Origin: Gammaproteobacteria bacterium
GTDB taxonomy: Bacteria > Pseudomonadota > Gammaproteobacteria > GCA-002705445 > GCA-002716945
Assembly: GCA_038142325.1 (NCBI GenBank)
Contig: JAYQJW010000002.1
Span: 224,001 to 288,000 of the forward strand
Direction of reading: 5' to 3'
DNA: 64,000 nucleotides
The position numbers and the translations under genes were made by a program. Below, in pieces: positions 57,532 through 64,000 of this stretch. Within the stretch, counting starts at the first letter, position 1; the number at the start of each line of letters is the position of its first letter. The notes below the pieces were generated by a model. The model had not been told where the DNA came from. It searched no databases and was given only the letters and a program-made list of their open reading frames with translations.

Positions 57532-58554
57532 TTATTTCCAACCTGATTTATCAAAAATAATACCAGCCTTATCATTAAGGTTTCCGAGAGTTGATAGGTT
57601 CATTTTGTCCATTTTAAATGGATAGCCCCACGATTTAACAACATCAGAAATTTTTATGTTTTGCCTGATTGGATATTCATGATTTTTCTTTGCATATATC
57701 TCTTGTGCTTTATCACTTGCTAAAAATTCAATTAATTTTATTGCATTCTTGGTATTTCTTGAATGTTTAGTCACAAGAGCCCCGCTAATATTTATGTGAG
57801 ATCCTCTTCCATTTTGGTTCGGAAAAACTATTTTTATTTGTTTTGCATATTTCCTTTCACTTTCTTTGCTGGATGTCATCCATTTGCCAAGATAATAAGT
57901 ATTTGCAAGCGTTACATCACATTTACCTAAAACTACGGCAGTCATTTGAGATCTATCATTACCTTTAGGTTCTCTAGAAAAATTACTAACAACATCAGAC
58001 GACCATTTTTGAGCAAACTTCTCACCTTTATGATGTATCAGCGAACTCATGAGAGATTGATTATAAATATTACTTGATGATCTTATGCAAACCCTTCCTT
58101 TTAGTTTTGGTGAAGCTAAATCCTCATATTGTGATATTACTGTAGGATTAATTTTATTTGGATTATACATAATCACTCTTGAACGTATGGACAATCCATA
58201 CCAATGGTTTTCAATATCTCTTAGATGCGAGGGTATGAGCACATCAAGTTTTTCTGAATATATTTTTTTAGAAATTCCCTTAGTTTTTGCTAAATGTAGA
58301 TTTCCAGCATCTACGGTCAATAAAACATCTGCAGGACTAGATTTGCCTTCATCAATAATTTTCTTAATAAGCACTTTACTCTTTGCGCTTAAAATATTTA
58401 CCTTTATGCCAGTGTTATCTGTAAAAGTATCCATCAAAGGTTTTATCAGATACTCTTTTCTAGCAGAATAAACATTAACTTCATCCGCTACCGATTGATT
58501 AGGTGGCAGTAAAATTACAAGTAAACTAATTGTAAAAATATACTTAAAATTCAT
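57532..58554 (-). CDS. fbpA: Fe(III) ABC transporter substrate-binding protein (FutA/FbpA type)
   Basis: Signal peptide, VNVYSARK, SPADVLLTVDAG, RSSSNIYNQSL, ANTYYLG (tandem Tyr ligands). Confidence 0.92.
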   Translation of the reverse strand: MNFKYIFTISLLVILLPPNQSVADEVNVYSARKEYLIKPLMDTFTDNTGIKVNILSAKSKVLIKKIIDEGKSSPADVLLTVDAGNLHLAKTKGISKKIYSEKLDVLIPSHLRDIENHWYGLSIRSRVIMYNPNKINPTVISQYEDLASPKLKGRVCIRSSSNIYNQSLMSSLIHHKGEKFAQKWSSDVVSNFSREPKGNDRSQMTAVVLGKCDVTLANTYYLGKWMTSSKESERKYAKQIKIVFPNQNGRGSHINISGALVTKHSRNTKNAIKLIEFLASDKAQEIYAKKNHEYPIRQNIKISDVVKSWGYPFKMDKMNLSTLGNLNDKAGIIFDKSGWK

Positions 58555-58568
58555 AAGATTACACTAAT

Positions 58569-58587
58569 AAGAATGATTATCATTATC
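58569..58587 (-). promoter_or_regulatory. Fur box overlapping the fbpA promoter
   Basis: GATAATGATAATCATTCTT matches GATAATGATAATCATTATC at 17/19. It overlaps the -10 of TTGAAA(58605-58610)-N17-GATAAT. Confidence 0.88.
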
Positions 58588-58711
58588 ACGAATTAAGTAA
58601 GTATTTTCAAGTAATTTAGTTGTCTAATGTTACCAATTCCATGTCTACAATTTCCCAATTATCAAATACATGATATAGTTTTCATCTATAACTCATAGCA
58701 AGGATTTTCAA

Positions 58712-59641
58712 ATGATAATGTCTGACCTGAAAGGTAAAATATGGATGGATGGTGAATTCATAGATTGGTCAGATGCTAAAGTACATATTCTAACTCATAC
58801 ACTTCACTATGGGACTGGTGTATTTGAAGGCGTAAGAGCATATGAGACAACTAGTGGCCCAGCAATATTTAGGCTTAATGATCATACTAAAAGACTTTAC
58901 TCATCTGCAGAACTTATTGGCATGGAAATACCGTTTAGTGAGAGTGAGCTTAACAAGGCTCAAACAGATGTTGTAATGATTAATAACTTAGATAATGCTT
59001 ATATAAGACCAATGTGTTTTTATGGATCTGAAGGAATGGGATTAAGAGCTGATAATTTAAAAGTTCATGCATGTATAGCTGCCTGGGATTGGGGTTCATA
59101 CCTTGGGGAAGACAAAATTAGAAACGGCATAAAAGTGAAGGTAACCGATTTCCCTAAAAGATCTGAAAAAAGCATGTTACATAAGGCAAAAGCTTCAGGT
59201 AACTATTTATACTCTATGTTAGCACTAAAAGATGCTCTCAACTCCGGATATGATGAAGCCCTAATACTTGATATCAATGAGAATGTAAACGAAGGGTCAG
59301 GTGAAAATTTTTTCATGATTAAAAACAATAAAATTTATACCCCCAAGGATGAAACAGTCTTAAACGGGATAACAAGACAGACAATTATGAAAATTGCTAC
59401 AGACTTAAATTATGAAGTGATTGAGAAAGATATATCTGTCAGCGAAGCTAAAGAATCTGATGAAGCTTTTTTTACTGGAACTGCTGCGGAGGTAACCCCT
59501 ATTATACAAATAGATGATGTCAAAATAAGCAATGGTACACCAGGCGATATCACAAAAAAAATACAAGAAATTTACTTCAATTTGATAAGAGGAAAAGTTC
59601 CAGAATATTCATATTGGTTAACACAAGTTAATAATGTTTAA
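58712..59641 (+). CDS. ilvE: Branched-chain amino acid aminotransferase
   Basis: THTLHYGTGVFEGVRAY, AYIRP, KASGNY, EGSGENFF, FFTGTAAEVTPI. Confidence 0.96.
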   Translation: MIMSDLKGKIWMDGEFIDWSDAKVHILTHTLHYGTGVFEGVRAYETTSGPAIFRLNDHTKRLYSSAELIGMEIPFSESELNKAQTDVVMINNLDNAYIRPMCFYGSEGMGLRADNLKVHACIAAWDWGSYLGEDKIRNGIKVKVTDFPKRSEKSMLHKAKASGNYLYSMLALKDALNSGYDEALILDINENVNEGSGENFFMIKNNKIYTPKDETVLNGITRQTIMKIATDLNYEVIEKDISVSEAKESDEAFFTGTAAEVTPIIQIDDVKISNGTPGDITKKIQEIYFNLIRGKVPEYSYWLTQVNNV

Positions 59642-60563
59642 GAAAACAAAAATTCTAGTTATTGGAGATATCATGTTAGATAAATATAGCCATGGCTCTG
59701 TCAATAGAATATCTCCAGAAGCACCCGTACCAATTGTCGATATAAAAAAAACTATCTACAAACCTGGTGGAGCCTCAAATGTTGCTAAAAATCTATCTGC
59801 ATTAGGTTTACAGGTGACGCTGACAGGTATTACTGGAGATGATCCTGAATTAAAGGAACTAATTAAAGTTCTCAGACATACAAACATTAAGTTTGATCCA
59901 GTAAAGGATTTATCTATTAGAACAACTCTTAAATCTAGAATTATAGGAAATGATCAACATTTAATTAGACTTGATCATGAAGATAAAAATAAATCTAATA
60001 TGCAGGACATTTTACTTAAGAAAGCTCTAAAGCATGTTAGTTCTTCTGATTTAGTAATTTTATCAGATTATGATAAAGGTTCTGTTAAACCGATTGCAAA
60101 AGAAATTATCGAATATGCAAATACAAGAAACATCAAAGTAATTATTGATCCTAAAGGATCGGATTATTCTATGTATGAGGGTGCATTTTTGATAAAACCT
60201 AATGAACATGAATTCCAAATTGTGGCTGGTAAAGCTAATAACAAGAGAGATATGATAGCTAGAGGAAAACAACTCAAGAAGAAGCTTAATATTAATGCAT
60301 TATTATTAACTCTCGGTAAAAGCGGCATGATTCTATTTGACGATAGTAAAACAATAACTTTCCCGACTCTACAAAAAGAGGTTTATGATGTCACCGGTGC
60401 TGGGGATACAGTAATATCTGTTCTTGCAGCATCTATTTCATCAAATAAAACACTTAAAAAATCTTGTGAGCTAGCAAATATTGCGGCTGGACTATCAATT
60501 CAACACCTTGGTACAGTAAGTGTCAGCAAAGCAGACTTAAGTAATGCAATTAAAAAATCCTAA
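59634..60563 (+). CDS. rfaE1: Heptose-7-phosphate kinase (N-terminal domain of HldE)
   Basis: IGDIMLD, RISPEAPVP, GGASNVA, SDYDKG, VYDVTGAGDTV. Confidence 0.93.
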   Translation: MFKKTKILVIGDIMLDKYSHGSVNRISPEAPVPIVDIKKTIYKPGGASNVAKNLSALGLQVTLTGITGDDPELKELIKVLRHTNIKFDPVKDLSIRTTLKSRIIGNDQHLIRLDHEDKNKSNMQDILLKKALKHVSSSDLVILSDYDKGSVKPIAKEIIEYANTRNIKVIIDPKGSDYSMYEGAFLIKPNEHEFQIVAGKANNKRDMIARGKQLKKKLNINALLLTLGKSGMILFDDSKTITFPTLQKEVYDVTGAGDTVISVLAASISSNKTLKKSCELANIAAGLSIQHLGTVSVSKADLSNAIKKS

Positions 60564-61038
60564 ACTTATTAATAATCTAAACGATCTAGAGAAAATTGTT
60601 CAGCGTGATCAGAGTAATAATAAGCAAATTGTTTTTACTAATGGCTGCTTTGATATAATCCATCCTGGCCATATCTATATATTGGAGCAAGCAAAATCAA
60701 AAGGAGATATCCTTTTAGTAGGGCTTAATTCAGATAAATCTGTCCAAAGACTAAAATCATCTTTAAGACCTGTATGTTCTCAGTTTGATAGAGCTTATGT
60801 CCTATCTGGATTATCAACAGTCGATTATATCTTCATATTTGATGAGGATACGCCAGAAAAGCTCATTCAAACGATTTGTCCTGATGTTCTTGTCAAAGGT
60901 AAAGACTATATTGGTAAATTTATAGCCGGGGAAGATTTTATGCTTAGAAATAATAAAAGAGTAGAGCTTGTAGATATGATAGATAGTAAATCTACATCAA
61001 GCATTATAGATAAAATTGCTAAAGAAAATCCTTCATAA
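60544..61038 (+). CDS. rfaE2: Heptose-1-phosphate adenylyltransferase (C-terminal domain of HldE; probably one gene with the preceding ORF)
   Basis: FTNGCFDIIHPGH, GLNSDKSV, FDEDTP, LVKGKDY, STSSII. Confidence 0.92.
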   Translation: MQLKNPKLINNLNDLEKIVQRDQSNNKQIVFTNGCFDIIHPGHIYILEQAKSKGDILLVGLNSDKSVQRLKSSLRPVCSQFDRAYVLSGLSTVDYIFIFDEDTPEKLIQTICPDVLVKGKDYIGKFIAGEDFMLRNNKRVELVDMIDSKSTSSIIDKIAKENPS

Positions 61039-62038
61039 CTTTTTTAATCTGTGCTTTAACATCATCTATCTTGATTAATTTCATTGCTTCACGATTTCTG
61101 ACTCTCTCTCCCCATTTAACATTTTCTATTTTTTTGTCTAAGAATGTTTCTAAAGCTTGAGGATATTTATTGATTGTATATTCAAGTTTGCAATAAGGTC
61201 CTGTTCTAAGAGGGTTTGATGTTGCATACAATCCAATTACTGGTAGATCTATCATTCTAGCCATATGTAATGTTCCTGAATCAGGTCCAATATAAAATTG
61301 ACTTTTATTAAGTATAGACAACATTTCAAGTAGTGAAGTTTTATTAATCAAATTAATTATTGATTGATTATTATCAAGTGCACTTTCTATTTGATTAGAC
61401 TTTTCTTGACTGGTTTTACCGAGCAACACAGTATTTAATGAATACTCATTTTTGCAATATTCTGATAACGTTAGAAAATTATCAAAATCCCATTCCCTGA
61501 AATTGTTGTTTCTGATACTCGTGAAAGGATTAATAGCAATAAATGGTACACTTTCATTTAAAATTTTATTTATTAAATTATTTTTATCATTAGATAAGAG
61601 TTCATCAATTTTCCAATCTAAAAACTTATCTTTGATATTAATCTTTTCTAGAAATTTAAAAAAATGATCTAATACATGATTAGCATCTGTTTCAATTTCA
61701 TTAAAAGTAACATCTATTCTACCTTTAATAATATTAGCAATTAATTTTGATCTTAAGGATTTTTGCATATGAAACACTACATCAAAGTTCTGATCTTTAA
61801 AATAACTTCGTAATTTCATAATAGAATTAATTGTGTCATTTTTATCAATCACAACAAAATTTATATTACTTAGATTTTTTACAAGTTCATATTCAACTTT
61901 CCCTATAACCCAAGTTATAGTTGGATCCTTATATTTCTTTTGAAGAGTAGATATTATTGGAATTACATGTGTCACATCTCCAATAGAAGATAATCTTAGA
62001 ATACAGATTGATATTGATGTATTATTTTCATTAACCAT
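61019..62038 (-). CDS. GT9 LPS heptosyltransferase (OpsX-like)
   Basis: SICILRLSSIGDVTH, ITWVIGK.E, IGPDSGTLH, GLYATSNPLRTGPY, WGERV. Confidence 0.85.
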   Translation of the reverse strand: MVNENNTSISICILRLSSIGDVTHVIPIISTLQKKYKDPTITWVIGKVEYELVKNLSNINFVVIDKNDTINSIMKLRSYFKDQNFDVVFHMQKSLRSKLIANIIKGRIDVTFNEIETDANHVLDHFFKFLEKINIKDKFLDWKIDELLSNDKNNLINKILNESVPFIAINPFTSIRNNNFREWDFDNFLTLSEYCKNEYSLNTVLLGKTSQEKSNQIESALDNNQSIINLINKTSLLEMLSILNKSQFYIGPDSGTLHMARMIDLPVIGLYATSNPLRTGPYCKLEYTINKYPQALETFLDKKIENVKWGERVRNREAMKLIKIDDVKAQIKKVMKDFL

Positions 62039-62764
62039 ATGATAAAAACAAAGTTCGGGTCAATTGTCTCACATAAATTTAATAATCAGTATATCTGTTA
62101 CAGTTCATCTATCCAACCTATACTTAAAGAGAGAATTTTATCAGCAAATGATTCTGATGAATTTAGATTATCTAACAACTCCAATTTTCTTGACTTAAAT
62201 AATGGATTTATTAAAAAACATTTCTGGAGAAAAGGCGCTATGTCATTTTTAAATGACAACTATTTTTTTTATGGCTTAAAGCAAACGCGCCCTGTAAGAG
62301 AACTTATAAATTACATTGATTATTCATACATTATCAGCAGCTCTAAGAGTGATACTGTGAATAGAATTGAAGCATGCAGCCCAGTATTTTCTTGTATTAA
62401 AAAAACATATTTATTTTATAGTGGTGATATCGTATTGTCTAAAATAAAAGGGGATACTATTGATAAAGTGCTTAATGAAGGTTATTGCGATGAGGAGTTC
62501 GTTAATAGCTTAGCACTATGTTTTCAATTTTTATTTAGTAATGGCGTGTACAATTCAGACATGAATCTAAAAAATATTTTATTTAACAAAACTACTGGTA
62601 AATTCTCTTTTATAGATTTTGACAAATTAAAAATTAATCTAAATAAGAAAAATAATAAATCACTAACTCTGGGGGTGGTGAGTAAATTTGAGAAATCTAT
62701 ACAAAAACATAATTTATTAAATAGCTTCGATATTAAAAAGTTTAAGAAAAATCTTATGATTTAA
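62039..62764 (+). CDS. kdkA: Kdo kinase (KdkA)-like protein, diverged
   Basis: KHFWRKG...DNYFFYGLKQTR..RE, SDMNLKNIL, FIDFDK; lies between the GT9 gene and waaA. Confidence 0.7.
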   Translation: MIKTKFGSIVSHKFNNQYICYSSSIQPILKERILSANDSDEFRLSNNSNFLDLNNGFIKKHFWRKGAMSFLNDNYFFYGLKQTRPVRELINYIDYSYIISSSKSDTVNRIEACSPVFSCIKKTYLFYSGDIVLSKIKGDTIDKVLNEGYCDEEFVNSLALCFQFLFSNGVYNSDMNLKNILFNKTTGKFSFIDFDKLKINLNKKNNKSLTLGVVSKFEKSIQKHNLLNSFDIKKFKKNLMI

Positions 62765-63979
62765 TATGCTGTTCTATCTTAGACATATAATCATTGATAA
62801 TGGAGGTTTTAGATAAAGCTAAATCTCTCGCATTTTTTTCAAAAATTACTCGTTTGGATTTTGACCTGAATAATTTTTCAAAAATGTTTTTAAGCATTTC
62901 TGGCTTCTGACACATTATTAATGCATTATTTTTCAAGAACTCTTCAGTTTCTTCAATAAAATTATACATAAAAGGTCCAACAATTATTGCTTTAGAATGG
63001 ATAGCGGCTTCAATAAATGAATGACCACCTACGTCAACAAATGATCCTCCAAAAATAGTAAATTCAGAGTATTTAATTAAATTATCCATCTCACCCACTG
63101 TATCAGCTATATATATTTGTGTGGAATTTCTAACCTTTTCATTCTTGCTTCTTATCGCAATGTTTATTCCAGATAATGGAATATCGGATAATATATCACC
63201 AAGCCTATCAGGATGCCTCGGCGCAATAACTAAAAGATATTTATTAGATTTTAGTTTCAACCATTCCTTAATTATTATAATTTCTTCTCTATGATGTGAA
63301 GATGCTAAGAGGACATATTTCTTATCAATCAATTTCTGGGAAACATTATCCTCACTTATAAGAGAGTGCTTGATATTACCTACAGTGCTTATCTTTGATT
63401 CATCAATATATTTCAAAAATGACTTCATATCATTATCTGATTTGCAGTAAATATGATCTACTTTATTGAGAGTATCTTTATAAAGACCTTTAGACACTAT
63501 GCCTAATAATCCAGTCGGTGGATTAAATCTTGCATTTATTGTGATAATGTTTGTCTTATTTTTTTTACAATGGTTATAAAGATTTGGCCAAATTTCTGTC
63601 TCTACAACGATGAGTAAATTTGCTGACAACGAACTAATAAATCTTTTTGTGGCAAAATAAAAATCAAAAGGAAGATAACAATGATCAACATGACTGAGTT
63701 TGGATTCATCAAAAACATATTTAGATGATGGTGTATTTGATGTAATTATGATGCTTTTATCATCCTTTGCAGCCAGACGTTGTGCTACTTTAACTAGCTA
63801 TCTTCATTTCTCCTAACGAAGCAGCATGTATCCAAATTGAATATTTTTTGGACAGCCTTGTCCCAAATATTTTATGAGAAAGATATTTTAATTTGACAGA
63901 ATTTTTTAAGTGAATAAAAAAATAATTTGATGAGTATGAATGGTGAAATTAAATATAAGAATAGATTATATCTAAACAT
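62754..63979 (-). CDS. waaA: Kdo transferase (two single-base insertions near 63905 and 63795, probably errors)
   Basis: Manual translation from ATG 63979: MFRYNLFLYLISPFIL..., then IWIHAASLGE and YLPFD. The ORF-track part has ETEIWPN, INAR, APRHPDR, DTVGEM and GGHSFIEAA. Confidence 0.92.
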
Positions 63980-64000
63980 TACCAAACAAGATAAGTATTC

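Overview
This is an AT-rich (roughly 30% GC by eye, not computed), very densely packed core-genome segment. Gene content and order point to a genome-streamlined gammaproteobacterium, probably a marine planktonic type (inference). I saw no rRNA, tRNA, CRISPR, prophage or IS element. About 60 housekeeping genes are present: metK, dnaG, gltB/gltD, aroKB, hemE, rpsU, tsaD, plsY, bioHC, an aa3-type cytochrome c oxidase cluster, rpoH, an M16 peptidase pair, rsmD, coaD, rho, trxA, cca, uppP, folBK, rpmBG, mutM, purHD, fis, accBC, aroQ, dsbD, groESL, fadD, a Fur-controlled Fe(III) ABC transporter, ilvE and LPS-core genes. The one metabolic specialisation is a sulfite-oxidation module, sat-aprM-aprB-aprA. 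It runs without a break into an unknown 117-aa protein, a metallophosphoesterase, an NDUFA9-like SDR and cca. The most notable signals are: (1) that extended apr operon; (2) a circularly permuted aroK-aroB-gltB-gltD-hemE block inserted between yqeY and dnaG; (3) a recurring '-10 box + 6-7 nt + start codon' layout suggesting widespread leaderless mRNAs; (4) a CIRCE operator next to a sigma32-like promoter at groESL; (5) a probable FolB-FolK fusion; and (6) no terminator space at any of the 11 convergent gene junctions. About a dozen frameshifts or stops, several in essential genes (groEL, waaA) and mostly at short homopolymers, are most likely sequencing errors.
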